This document shows positions 31,650-46,947 of a stretch of 64,000 nt of DNA, piece after piece (position 1 is the stretch's first letter; each line of letters begins with the position of its first letter). The position numbers and the translations under genes are program-made. Below the pieces are notes generated by a model. The model did not search any database, was not told the origin of the DNA, and worked only from the letters and a program-made list of their open reading frames with translations. The stretch is taken from the NCBI RefSeq assembly GCF_009914755.1, contig NC_060928.1; one strand, 5' to 3'. Source of the stretch: the human T2T-CHM13v2.0 reference genome, Homo sapiens.

Positions 31650-32035
31650 TAAAAATGTAATTTAATCTAGCCATTATGGAAAATGGCATAGAGGTTCCCA
31701 AAATAGCTGAAAATATAACTACTATAATATCCAGTAATTCTACTTCTGGTATATATCCAAAGGAATTGAAAATCAATGTGTTGAAGAGATATCTGCATGC
31801 TTATGTTTATTGCAGCATTATTTATAATAGCCAAGATATGGAAACAACCTGTGTTTATTAACAGATGAATCAATACAGAAATATTATATTACAGTACATA
31901 ATAAATATTATATATATCAGTGTATACATAGAAATATTTACACAGTAAAACACCATCCAACCTTAAAAAAGGAGTATATTTGGCCCATTGTAACAACATG
32001 AATGAACCTGTAAGATATTATGCTAAATGCAATAA
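31650..32035 (+). mobile_element. L1MA-type 3' fragment
   Basis: cttctggtatatatccaaaggaattgaaa; gtttattgcagcattatttataatagccaagatatggaaacaacct. Confidence 0.8.
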
Positions 32036-35000
32036 TGAGACTATTTCTCATACCATGTTCTCAATGGAAATCAACGACTGAATGCTTCAGGACAATTCAA
32101 TGCATGTAAATCTATAAAGTTCAACAAATGTCATCACAAATGAAGCATTCTCAAGATTAGGCTTAAGAAGTGTGAAAACTTAGATTATTTAGTATATTAA
32201 ATTTTAAGTGAATTTTTCTTGTAACTTTTGGCTATTTTCATCAAATGTCTTTGACAAGTACCCAAGATGCACTTATATTAGTTTGCTAAGTAATACATGT
32301 CAATAGTCAAGTGTGGTATAGCAATGATTGATAAGTTCTTTGAGGCAACAAAAGGATAACCAGGACATAGGCCTACATAGAAGTTGTTCTCACTTATGAA
32401 TAGTATAGTGGGGCAGGGAGTGCTCTAGAAGTACAGGGCTAAATTTATTCACAAAACAACTTTGTACAATTCTCAATCAAAGAAACATGTTAAGAAAAAC
32501 CTATATATTTTCTCGTTTCAGATTCAGAAGAATATGAATTTGCATATGGGCCCAGTCTGAAATCAGAAAAGTCTTTGTTCACTGCAAAGTTAATTTAATG
32601 AATTAAAATATTCAAGTAAGGCAGTAAACAGCACACTAGATACTCAAGAAAATCAAGTCATTAAAATAAAAAAGTGATCCTACAATTGTTAAGGAACTCA
32701 GAAACAAAATAAGTAAGGTGTAAATATGATCAGCAAACATAATACCAGTGTATTGAGTAAATGAAATATAAATATTGTAAACCCTCCAGAAGGTGCAAAT
32801 TGAACAGAGAAGAAATGCGTATTAAATAGAAGAAATTTCTGAATTGATTAAAATTACAGTCTTTAAAGGTTAATTTCATAGATAACAGTAGAGCTTTGAT
32901 AGCTGCATTTTTTAGGTGGCTTATAAAATTCTGATGCCTAGTCAGGTTTTAAAGCCATTGGTCTGAGATATCTATTAATGTAAGTAAAAATTACAAAAGA
33001 CATGTTGGGAAGAATTTCTTTCTGAACAGTGAAACATAGACAAAAATAAAATACAGAATTATTTTTGGGAGGGCTATTCTACTTGTGTCCTAGATCATAT
33101 CCATATATAAATATGATATATATAATTATAACAATACTATCATTCAGAAATAATATGACTCAAATGTCATTTCTCTGGGGATTTCAACTGACAAAATTAT
33201 TCTCAAATATTTGTTGAAGAATAAAAGACTTATCTAAAGTCACCTTCTTGTTGAGGTCTTCTTGGTTAAGAGTTAGCATCTACTGTTCTATACTGTCTTT
33301 GTTTCCTGTGGTAATATCCTCTGACATATCTGACCTCAATTTTTAACAATATACATGCCCAGTGGGGACATTACTTAACAAATATGCTGTGACCATCATA
33401 GTTACCTTATCTTAAAAATCTATATCATAAATTCATTCCAAAACCTAAGCTATATACAAGAAGAATGAAAACAAACAAAATAATTGCTACAGGTTTAAAG
33501 AAAGACCACGTTAAACTGAAGACATCTTCTTCCTGAACAACTCAATCAAAATTCTGTATTGATGTGGAATTATCTGACTTATTGATTTGTTATGTCACAC
33601 TGCTGTTTTACTTCACACAAGATGTGGAAATCATAGTCCGTTTGCCCTCTCACTCTGTGTATTTTGAAATCTACAGTACCCAACATGGTTCCTTTGACAC
33701 CTTTTAAATAATTATCTTAAATCCCTATTAATGAAAGCAAAATCATACTAAAAATGAAAGTGTGATCCAATGATAGAATGAGTTTTCAAAAATGCTTATC
33801 ATCTCTAAAATGTATACATTTACTTTGCCCTTCATTCAATCCAACCTCTGTTCCTGGTTTTTATTTCTAACCATAATTAGATCATTTTTTAAAGTGAGCT
33901 AATATTAATATCTATGCATTATAATCTAATATTAATATCTAAGCATTGTTATCTGAATATAGAGAAAATAAAATTTTAAGACTATCTGCAAAATTGGCTG
34001 AATACCAGTGTTTTTGCAACGTTTAATGGGGAAAGACCACACACATATAACCTCAAGGTGATTTAGTTCAGGGTATAGGCAGTGCTAAAATATTATAGCC
34101 ACAAAGGACACTTTCCTATAATCATATTTAAAATACTTTATATATTCATTTATATGATTATTAGTATGCACTCTATCAAACATACATTTCTTACAGTTTA
34201 CCTAGGGGAGAAAGTGAGACCACACTGGGAATAGGTTAAGATATTCTATCTCTGATTTTTAAAAAAAATCTGTGATGATAGACCCCCTAAAAAGAACTCA
34301 GATGGGTTATGAAAAGTCTATGATTTCATAAAATATTTAGCAAAATTTTCTGTGCATGTGAGTGTATTTTAAGGACATAGCTGCCATGAGGTTTGGAATA
34401 CATTCTCTTACAAAAAAAAAAAATTATCTGAAAAGTCCTACAGAAAAATCAACTAATGACAACGTAGTATACTTAAATGGAAAATGTCATCATTCACTGC
34501 CTTGGACTTTGTAATAAAATGAGCACATATCCATCCTAAAGACACAATATTTAAAGATACGAACTCGGAAACATTGCTTAAGTAGACTCTTCATCAGGCA
34601 TTCTTAACAATTTCTGAGGTTGATTTTACTAACACAAAAGACTTGACAGACTTAGGTTCTTAATCTGTAAGAATACCAAGCACCAGGCACTGGTAAGGGA
34701 GTAGAGAGCCTATTGTTCGCCATTTACAACTCAATCATTGTGTAATTGTGAAGGTCTGGTTTCATAGTTAGGCTGGGTAATGTCAACAAAGCAAGAGCTT
34801 GGGTCCTAGACAATAAGCCATGGGCATTCAAGTTATGAGCTCATTTAACTCATCTACAACGAAACAATAGCAACAATTACAAACAAATAAAAACCTTAAT
34901 AATAAATCACCACTATTGTGAGTTGAGGGTAAAGCAGGCATCTGCTCAGTTATAGAGTCAATAATTGATGCAGATATTTAAAGTGATGTATAGTGTGACT

Positions 35001-36616
35001 ATCCAGGCAATAAAGATTTTATATGTATTCCATCATAAGGACCATGCCAGAGCTGTCATTTGCTGAAAGACTGAATCAGTCTTAATGCTGTCTCCTTAAC
35101 AGCTCAATGACACATGGCTCTCTGGTAGAATGTCCTACTCCCATTCAGAGTGACCTTTGAAAAATTTACTTTACCCTAGAAGATATCTGAGGTTTTGAAA
35201 AATATAAAATCACGTAAGAATAATAATTACTGTTTATGGTAATGATAGAATAAGCATTCCACCGTGTGTATAAACATATCCCCTGGAGTAGAGTTTCTTC
35301 TATTACAATGCAATCTTCCTAATGCTATCATAACCCACATAGGTGGAGGGGAAGCATTACACTTAATTTTGTAGGAAAATTGAGCACCACCAAATCTACT
35401 ACCATTAACTGTGATACAAATAATTTTATGTGCTATATAAAGATTATTACCCTAATATGCAGTTCAGATGGCTTTCTGATAACAGAGTCCATGCTGTATA
35501 GACTTGATAACAATGTTTCCAAGTGGACTTCCTCTCCATGAGACAGGCCTGGCAGAGAGCAATGGAGAACAAGTGTTGGCTGTCACATGTTTGATTACCT
35601 TCCTCACTAAACCCGTGAAAGAGAGGCACCGAGGTGCGAGGTGGCCAAAAAGTTCACAGCCATTTTCTTTTTCTTTTTTTTTTTTACTTTTATAATTAAA
35701 ATTTAATTTTAATAAATGCTTGAAGTAGAGTTGCTCTGTCCCTCACCTACCAGCCCTGAGGCACTTCCATAACATTAAATCCTGGTTTATGAGTTCACAG
35801 CATTTAGAAAGCCTGGGGACAGGAGGCAATCCTTTTCCTAGCTATCTATGTTCAATAAGACATACGGACAAAGGGGAGGCAGCTAGAGGTGCGTCAGGCC
35901 ATCCATTTTGTCAACTATGAAATCTGCAAATGGTAGTCTCCGCAACAATCTTATGAAAATATGTTTGCTGTGGGAAATAAAAAAGCCAGCAAGATCATTG
36001 CTTCATTGCTTTGCATCTTCCTAGCATTCAGTTACCAAGTGAACAAAAGAATACATCTAGCTCAGGAACATTCATAAAGAATGAGTCCCAAATTTGATAG
36101 AACACAGTAGTGTAACAGTGTCCTGCTGTGAATTTGTTTCAGAATCGGCAGGAGTATCAGTAGCATTACTAGGTATTTGGATTGGGATGTTAGTACTAGG
36201 GTCAGCAACAATTCTCTTGCTTTTAGCAACTGAGCTCTTTAAACAACTGTCAACTGCAGTATTTAACAAAATAATAAGACATGCAACCATTTTATTGTCT
36301 ATTTCATCCTGGATAGGTGCTTTGGAGGCAAAAGATATTTTAATTTACCCTGATGGAATGTCCAATGAAATAGTCTAGATGTGGCAATTGTCCCCTAATC
36401 ATTGTTGCACACCTGAACTCAAGGGGAGACAAAACTAAAGGACAGAATTGAATATTTAAGAGATAATTAGGAATGGAAGATCCGGAGAGAAAAAGACTGT
36501 GACATGTCAGAAAATAAAGAAGATGTAGATCTGAATGGAGTGAAAATTCAGAAAATCGAGGAGTCCAGAAGATAAAGCAACTGTTTGGCAAGAGTTTTCG
36601 AAGGGAAAGAAACACA

Positions 36617-36730
36617 CAGCACTTTCCGAGACCAAGGCAGGAGGATCCCTTTGACCCAGGAGTCTGAAGCTGCAATAAGCTATGATCTCACCGCTGCACT
36701 CCAGTCTGGGTGACAGGCGAGACTCTGTCT
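36617..36730 (+). mobile_element. Alu monomer (FRAM/AluJ right-arm-like), 5'-truncated
   Basis: ggcaggaggatccctttgacccaggagtctgaagctgcaataagctatgatctcaccgctgcactccagtctggg. Confidence 0.85.
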
Positions 36731-37000
36731 TTGTTTTTTTTTTTGTTTTTTGTTTTTTAATAGGGACAAAAACAGGGCAGACCTTCCCCTTGAGGCTAAG
36801 GGGATGCAAAACTCTAGGCAAAGAGAAGAGAATGATGTACTTCAAAAAAAAAAAAAAAAAAATCCACAGCAAGGCAGACGATCCCACCCACTTCTGGCAC
36901 TGGTAGCTTGGCAGGCAACAGTTCTAGAGATCTTGCAGTGTAGCAATCATGAATTTGTATAAACTGAATGACTTAAACATACATTTTTAAAATACCCTTT

Positions 37001-37452
<452 letters not shown>

Positions 37453-39403
37453 TTATATCCATCCACTCACCTCCATAATCCTCAACTTTCTTCAAATTAA
37501 TAAGCATGCCCATTCCTATACTACTGTTCATACTTTTCCTTCTGAAAATGACTATTTTCTTCCTCTTTCCTTTTCTTTATCTGCTGCTTCTTTCCATTTG
37601 TGTTTAAGAACCTACCCAAATCTCACTTTTTCTGTAGACCCAAACATGTTTTCAGAGGAAAAAACTTCTCTCAGGTTTCTAGGTAAAGTTTGACCTGAGA
37701 AGAATAGGATATGCCTATGAAATAAATTGGTTCCTTTATATATCAGATGGTAGTTATGTGAGGTTATATAAATGGGACAAATAAAACCTAACTATTATGT
37801 AAGACTAGAGTAGCGAAAGAAATGTGTACTGGTAGGAGAATGTGGACTTCTGCAAAGGGATATTGACAATATAAGTTGTAATGGATTTTTTAAACCAGTT
37901 TCTGAATATACATGAATATGGATGATAATTATTCTTTTCCTATATACCACGTATTAACAAAATAAATGTCAAGCAGTGTGTCACATTGCACGCTCTTTGT
38001 TTTCATGATTTCAGTAACCCTTGAACATATTTTGAAGGAAACAGTAAGAAATTAGATTCAAATATGAATTATCAGACTATTAGGGATCTGTTTTCATTTA
38101 AACAAGCACTTCAGGTTGCCCATACTAATTTACAATAAATAAAATAATCTAAGAAAGACCTAGTTGTAAATAAATGCATACAAAGAAAGCGCAATGCTAA
38201 TAATAACAAAGGCACAAAAGGAAAGGTTGGGCTTCAGTTAATATTTTATTAAAGATAAGACCATGGATATAGAAACATAAAAATTTCAAACACTTTTTCA
38301 GCAATCTTAGAAAAATGGAAAAGAAAAAATTGGGCATGGTTGAACTTCATTCTCCAAGTAAAGTTAGAAGGTAGGTAAGTTACACTTTCATTTGAATATT
38401 TATTAGTGTAAAGGAAATAAATGCGATAAGGCAAGTATAAAACAATTTAAATGCTTACAATCCTATAAAGTGATGAGTGTAAAGTACAAACAAGCATATA
38501 TATTAAATAATACCAGATGTCGTAACTCAAAATAGCTCAAAATGGGTAATGATGAGAGATGGCAGTGGAGGGTTGCAAGGGAGAGAGAGAGATTTAAAAG
38601 TAATTATAAGTGAGGAATAAAAAAAATTAAGGTCACTAGTAAAGAGCAGAAAACAGCTTTAATCATATAGATAGAAGAAAAAAATTGCACACACAAAAAT
38701 GATAAGTCAGAGGTCCAAAAATATAGCTCTAAGCCCTCATTCTGCAAGATAAATAGCAGGAAACAGAAAAATACAAAAAAACAGCACCATAGCAATTCCT
38801 TTCTGCTGTATGTCCAACATGGCACTGTGATAACTGATTTTCTTTTATGATTTCATTTAATTCTCATGCATCTCTGTTAGGTACATATTTGTCAGGTGGG
38901 TATCCTAAAGATTAGAACATTCTAGAGATCCGAGAATTGATTAGGGCCTATTCAATTCCAAAGGTCCTATTCATAACTGAAATATTGTACTAAACTAGAG
39001 TTTAAAGTAGTGAAAAAAGACACCATAGTTGAAAATGCACAGCGACAGCAGGGCTTTGGAGAGAAAAAAGACTTTGGTAAGCCCAGTTGTTTTTCTATTG
39101 ACTTTTGTTGTCATTGCAGTAAATGCTGAATATGATCAGTAAACTAGACAGACAGACAGAGATAAATGGACATAAAAATCACATATTCCAATATTTCTGT
39201 CATACTTATAATAAATAGTACATTGATGAAGTGTGTTGCCAGCTTCCAGCAGGCTTTGATGGCTTTGTCTTTCAATAGTTGGATAACTATGTTCATAAAA
39301 TAGAAATTAATTACATTTATATAAAAGTATTGATACCTCCTATTCTCATTCATTTCACTAATGTTTGAAGTCTGAGCCAATTTACATTATTCATAATTGA
39401 GTA

Positions 39404-39550
39404 TTGTTTGGATTGAATACTTGTGCCCCTCCTCCCATAGTTCTATGCTGAAATCCAAACCTCCAAAGTGATGGTATTAAGAGGTGGGGTGTTTGGGATG
39501 TAATTAGATCATGAGGTTCAAGTCCTCAAGAATGAGATTAGTGCCTTTAC
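39404..39550 (+). mobile_element. MLT1A-like MaLR LTR 5' fragment
   Basis: gtgatggtattaagaggtggggtgtttgggatgtaattagatcatgagg...gagattagtgccttta. Confidence 0.8.
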
Positions 39551-41557
39551 CTTCCTGTTTAAATCACTTCCTTGATGACATGTTTCCTAACCTTAAAGTC
39601 AATCTATCTCTGCTTCCATTGAGATGAGGTTGCATCTGAAGCACTCATTTTACTTGAATATTTAATGTGCTAGTATTTTATGTGCTCATACCAGAGCATA
39701 AATTCCTTCAAGTTGAAAACATGTTTTACTCCTTTCTTAACTTCTGATATCTGCTCAGTAGATGGCATATACTAGATATTCGATGTATTCATGAATAAAA
39801 ATCTTTTAAGACTGTATAAATTTGGTAGTTTGTGATTTACTACATGAAAATGATGTATCCCTTTTCTTAGTTTAAAATAACAAACAGAATTGAATGAAAT
39901 TGCTCACATCCCAAGAATTTGAAATGAGATACATTCTAAAAAAATCAGCCTTTTCTCATTGATTAACCAAACACCTTCGTGCATGACAAAGTAAGCCATT
40001 AAGAATCTTAGATTATGGAAATAAAGAAATAAAGACTTGAGAGTTGAGAACATAGCTCATTATAGAACATATAACTATGTGAAGGAAGAAAAAGTAAAAG
40101 ATTTTGAAATGGACAAGTAAATGGAGAGGGAACTCTCAAAAGTAGAAGAATAAGATTACCAAAACATTTGCACTCATGTCTAGATAGATACTGGTCTTCA
40201 GATATTTACACATTCTTTTCTCCACATGCTCAACCTGCTTTCTTTATGTAGCCTAATACTTCAGGAAAGGATGGCAGCAGCAAAAGAGTACAAAAGATGT
40301 ATGTAAACGTTTACTTGCAAAAAACTGCAATATATCTTTTACCCACTCTACACATCTTTACCTGCAATTTAAAAGAGAATCCACTTCATTTTAAAGTATA
40401 TATTCTGAAATATTAAAATATAGTTTTTTTATGAAAATTAATGTGAAAATCTTTGAATTTCTAAAAGTGATACTTTAAAAAGTTTCAAGAATCTTATTAA
40501 CAAATGTTTTTTAAAGTTTACTGATTTGCAAATGTCAGGTAGTATGTATTATTTCTTATATTTTGGATTATACTGCTCACAGAATTATTTATTTAATAAA
40601 TCAGTTAGATTTTTAAGTGGATATTTATGTGTGCATACAATGTACATATACAACATAATACTAAGTTTAGGACTTGCAGATTGAAATTTAAAATGACTTA
40701 TTTTGAATATATTTAGTGTTATTACTTCAAATAAGGCAGCATTTTAAAGTAGGTATTCTTATAGAATTTGGCTTTCATTTAAAGAAACTTTCATTAAAAG
40801 AAAAATATAAATATATCACCTTAAATTTCTATGTGTGCTGGTGAATAAAGACAGATATTTTCTCTCAGCATTCCATTCATTTATTAATAAGAAGACTGTA
40901 ACTCTATGTTATGGGAGAGGCCTGTCTCAAACTTACGTGACAATTTTCCAGGGCATTTGCCACACCATTTTATCACAAAGGCAGATTGAGTTCAGAAAAA
41001 CCTTCTGTAGATATGTAAAGCAACCTTCTGTCTCTCATAAATCATAATTTGTGCTCCTTATGTATGAACAGAAGGTGTAGGTAAACAAAGTGATTTGTGG
41101 AAGTTGGCTATTTTTCTCTAAATTTCCAATCTCCTCAGAATCTCCTTATTTTAGCTTTTATTGATCTCTCCTTCAATCTCAAATCCTTTTTTCTCCCAGA
41201 TAGAATAACCTCATTGATAGTGGTATCTAAATGATTCATCATTGCTTCCATTTCTTACTATCCTCTATTTTTCAGTTTCTGGGGGATTATACATATTATT
41301 CATGATGGGGCTGTTTCAGACCTTCTCTTGATATGTGTTTCACTTCTCTATTGCTATACTAAAAAGCACTCCAAAACCTGTCATTTGCAAATCAGTAAAC
41401 TTTAAACAATATTCATTAATAAGATTATTGAAATTTTTTAAAGTATCACCATTTAGAAATTCAAAGAACTTTCACATTAATTTTTGTCAAAAACTAGATT
41501 TTAATATTCCAAAACATATACTTTAAAGGGAGGTGGATGCTCTTTTGAATTGTAAGT

Positions 41558-41566
41558 AAAAGGAAA

Positions 41567-41643
<77 letters not shown>

Positions 41644-41660
41644 GAGAAAGAGAGAGAAAG

Positions 41661-41715
<55 letters not shown>

Positions 41716-41747
41716 AAAGAAAAAAAAGAAAAGAGAAAAAAAGGAAA
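41558..41747. repeat. 190-bp pure-purine tract dominated by (GAAA)n
   Basis: No pyrimidine on the + strand between 41558 and 41747. Confidence 0.97.
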
Positions 41748-42190
41748 TCATTTTTTGCTTGCAGTTCTGCAGTTGGAGCAAGTGTTACTGGGGATAACCT
41801 GCTTCTGCTCTCTGTTATCATTTGGGGAAGTTCAAATAGATCTTGGGCCTTCATTTCCAAAATGGCTCACATATGTCTGGCAATTTGGTCCTGGGTAGCA
41901 GCTGGAAGCAAAGCTGAAGGCTGTTGACTGGGGGACTGAGTTCCCCTCTACATAGATTTCTCCACATGGTGGCTTGTGCTTTCTTGCAATATGACAGTGA
42001 GGATTCCAAGAAGCAGAAAGCTGAAATACCAGTCCTTTTACAGGATAGGTGTAGAACTGGAATAATGTCACTTTTGATGCATTCTATTGGTAAAATAGTC
42101 ACAGGACCAGCGTGAACTCAAGGGGATGAAAAATAAACTCCATCTCTGAATGTGAGAGGGACAAGTTCTGGCCATCTCTACTCCATCTCA
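41748..42190 (-). mobile_element. MLT1H-like MaLR LTR; a terminal piece may lie at about 41334-41420
   Basis: ttccaaaatggctcac, ctgttgactgggggactgagttcccctctacat, cattctattggtaaaatagtcac. Confidence 0.7.
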
Positions 42191-42793
42191 CTACCCAAGT
42201 TGGAAATCACTCTCCCTCATTCTCAACAGATGATTTGCTTCCTAAAGAAGTGTTCCCTGAGTCTTCACTTTTGTATTCCAGATCTACCCTCATCTGTAGA
42301 TATTATACTTCTTTTTGTTACACTTTCTTTTCTTGTTTTCTCAGCAATTATCACTTTCTTTTTTATCAATAATAGGAGATATTATTCCTCCTTAACTACC
42401 TTAAATGTGCAATTTGACCTCCTCCATCACTTCTTTTAATGATTTGTCGAATTGACAATTTCTTCACTTTTCAGCATCAGCCATATCTTTGGCTTTTCTG
42501 CCTCACTCCCTAGCTTGCTTGTTTCTTCTAAATCATAACCTTTAAAAGAACAACTTCCCTTTTATTTTACTTAACAGTTTATAAATTTCTATGCAAAGAT
42601 TTTACATTTTCATTGGACGTATTCCTAGGTATTTAATGTTTTTACTGCTATTGTAATAGTATTATATTAAATTTAATTATCTAATGATTCCTTGCTAATA
42701 TATAAAATATGTATTTTTGTTTAGTGATATGATTTATTGAATCAAATAATATTACTTACATTCTTTTGAAAGTACTAGGTATAAGTCACATTA

Positions 42794-43117
<324 letters not shown>

Positions 43118-43360
43118 CTATAATAATAGTATTAATATTTTACTTTTCTAATCCTTCCTTTTAAAATTGATTTATCTCTCTTTACTTTACTAAGACTTAC
43201 AGGAGAATTCTATATACAAGTAGTGATACATGGCTATAGCCTGACCAATGGAAAAGCATGCAATATTTTATCACTAAATGTAAAGCATGCTATTTTCTTT
43301 TGTAGATTTTCTTTATCAGATTAAATCACTTTCTCCATTTTGCTAAATATCTTTATTTAA

Positions 43361-43701
<341 letters not shown>

Positions 43702-44033
43702 TACTGCATCTTTTAAGGTGATCATATTTCTCTTCTTTGTATTATTATTATGGTTATTTTCATTGTTTCATTTTCATAGCTTAAACAAACTTTGCAAGTT
43801 TTTAAGACACATATTATTATCCTTTTTACATGTTGCTGAATTTGACTTTCTGTTATTTTGTTTTCTATTTTGAATCCACGTTCAGAAAAGGAATACCCTG
43901 CAATGTTGTTCTCAATTAGTGTTGTTACCAGGGATATACTGCTTTAATAAAACAAGCATGGAAATGTTCCAATTTATTATGTCCAGTAAAAGTCTGCGTT
44001 CAGTGTATGCTCTCCTTCAAATATGTGTAAATG

Positions 44034-44107
44034 AAATCACATTGAAAATTACTTGGTTTTGCCTATAATAATAATATTAATGTTTTACTTGTCCAGTCAT
44101 TCCTTTT
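44034..44107 (+). repeat. 74-bp dispersed copy of the pre-insertion site of the AluSp at 42810
   Basis: Aligns without gaps to 42783-42809 plus 43116-43162 with 9 mismatches. Confidence 0.9.
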
Positions 44108-46930
44108 CATCATACCACCTGATTTTGGAATTTTCTTTAAAAAATAAATTATAAATTAAAAGTTTAACAGATATTTTACCATTAAAGTATTTTTATTCTA
44201 CTTCTCTCAAAATATATTGCATATTATTTTACAGACATTTGTCCATTTAATCAAAATTAGCAAATATAAGAAAAATAATTTTTACTGTATTTTTTAATGT
44301 GTGGGTGATCTATGGTGATGTCATTTTATTCTTGATCCTGGTAATTTTTGCTTTATCACTTTCTCTTTAAAGGTGCTTTCTCTTTCTAGGTGCTTGTCAA
44401 TTGTATTAGTCTTCCTAAATTTTCAAAATTTTCTGTATTGATTTTATGTAGAGTATAACATTGATGGCTATTCTTATTTATTTATGACATATCTTTAATT
44501 TTTGTTTAACTTTTATGTTCTTTTTTGGGGGGGATACTTAGGTATTTGGTTTCATCCATTTTTCACCTTTATTTGCATTTGTTGCTTGACATCTGTTAAT
44601 ATATCATATTTTTATTTTAATTTCTTAATGTAACATTTTGATTTCTTCTTTAGTCTATGGCTTTTAAAAATTATATTGATTCATTTACAAACATTTTTTA
44701 ATATGTGTTTTTATTAAAAATGTTTGGCTTATTGTAACTTCACTGTGATCAAAGAACATACTTTGATTTTAATACTTTGAAATATGTTGAGAACTTATAG
44801 TATTGACAACTTTGGTAAATATTTCATATTCTGTCAGTTTTAGGTGAAATTTTTCTTTATGTGTCTACTAGGTTAATTTTGTTGATTGTGTTGTTTACTC
44901 TTATATACCTTAACTGATTTTTAAGGTATTGGAAGATGTTTATTAATGCCTCCCCATTATGATGGTAGATTTTCAATTATTCCTTTTTAGAGCTTTCATT
45001 TTTGCTTTCAATATTTGTGTCTAAGTTATTTGGTACACACAAATTTATAGTTGATATGTCATCATCCAAATGGCTTGAATATTTTATCTATTCCATGACT
45101 CTTTTTGCCTTAAAGTTTATATCATATGATATTACGATGACTATATTAGCTTTCCCTTGAAAACTACCCCTAACATACTTAAAGTGCCCAATTTTTTCGG
45201 CAATAACATCATCCTGAATTTTTCTTACTCTAAAGTACTCAATGAATTTCCTTCTAAAATACTGTTTTCTTTCAGAAAAGAATATTAGACTCAAATATCT
45301 GATCATGTAGTATGCAAAAGACGTTGCTGTTGCTTCTGGCTCCCCAACAACGAAAAAAGTCTTTGGGTCTTTTAAAATATAATGCAAATATATAATTTTT
45401 TGAAAAATTAGCATAGCATTTTGTTCTATCATAATTTTCTAATGATATGAGGTTCAATTTATTAACAAAACTTTATTTCCTGAATGTTCCCCACTTCAGT
45501 GGTTTGTGTGCTATTGGTTTCTCAAGATTTATGTATTAGCCAACTCTAATAGCTCTTTTAGAAATGTTTTTTAAATGCTTTATATAACACTGTTGATCAA
45601 CAGTGCCAAAAACTCTCTCTTTGATTCAATAATATCCCAGTATACTGATTTGCAGTTTCCTCTTTTATCTCTCTGATCTTTCTACATTTTCTGTCACCTA
45701 TACTAACATTTTACTGTGATTTGCCCTCATCTGTCTTATCTTCTCACTCCATATCCTTTCTGTTCTAATTAATTACCATAGCTTGAACTCTCTTTTTCAT
45801 ACAAATTATTCTCAACTCATATATCCCCTCTCTTGATCTCTCATGAGCTAATTCCACACTTTAAATCAACATCTAGACATTACACATGGATGTAAATTCT
45901 AAAAGAACTTTTGACAGTTTCCATTTATAGAGCTAAAGACCTTTTTAAATACTTTCTCTTTCTCTGTTTTTAATCTCTAGGGGAAAATACATATAAATTT
46001 CAACTATTACTTACGGTTTCTAAATAATATGTTTGAAGAACTGAATGTGCATTTCTCAGAAATGTGAATTCATGCTATTGGAACATATGGAATATATGAT
46101 GCTTTTAGAGAAGATTTTCCAATAAGAAATGCAGCTTACCAAAATACGTCAGGATGCTTGTTAATGTTGACACTATAGAATAAAGAAGTGGCACTAACAG
46201 CTTCCTTAAATAAGGTCATGGGGTTATGATTTGATGTTTTCACGGCCAACTATGTCTGTATCAGAGAGCGTATAAAAATTCTGGAAATCTCCCTTTATAA
46301 ACAATGATGTCTGCAGACAAAAACATCTATGTCCATATAGGAAATACTGTGAGCCCAGAATTACTCAAATATATGAAAATAACATGAATGTAGGAGAAGC
46401 AACATAAGCTCTTAGTGCAGTACAATTCTTCCCACATTATTTTTCTAACTAGGATTAAAATTAGAATAATTTTAGTAAAGGGAATAACCTCTCACTTCAG
46501 AAAATACTAAGATTGATATAGGAAGTTAGCGTATTCAGCAGATATAAAAATACATTCTCCAGTTCGATTCTTCCAATAACTTCTTCGTATTGTTTTCCCC
46601 ATGATTGTCAGTAATTTCTCTATTATTACTACTGGGAAAGGCAGTCAAGCAGTCCGCTCTCCATCCTAACTCACCCAGATAAAGAGCCCTCATAGCCCTG
46701 TGCTAGGCTTCTTACCTAGTAATGAAATATCTTTCCTTGCTCTGAACCTATTGTACATTCCTTTGTTCTGCTTTGGCACCTGCATTAGTGGTCCCCAGGC
46801 ATGCCCACAGCTTTCTGTGGTTCAGATGGCATGGGGGAAGGAGAGGGGACCCTTCCACGCAGCAGAGAGTGGGTTGTTTACAGGCATAGGGACTATGTTG
46901 GCTGCATAATGGATCTGCTGACTGCAGGGG

Positions 46931-46947
46931 TCTGGCACAGTGCCAGA
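46931..46947. promoter_or_regulatory. Palindromic NFI-type site TGGC-N5-GCCA
   Basis: tctggcac-a-gtgccaga matches YTGGCANNNTGCCAR; motif match only. Confidence 0.3.

Noticed and set aside
32505-32621. Possible + strand exon (ttttctcgtttcag| ... caa|gtaagg)
   Set aside because: Splice-like motifs of this strength occur often by chance, and there is no coding signal or partner exon.
33899-33952. Small tandem duplication (2 x 27 bp); similar ones at 14951-14987 and 61946-62005
   Set aside because: Ordinary slippage products in AT-rich DNA.
35067-35083. 8-bp-arm palindrome aagactga-a-tcagtctt
   Set aside because: Expected by chance about once in a window of this size and composition.
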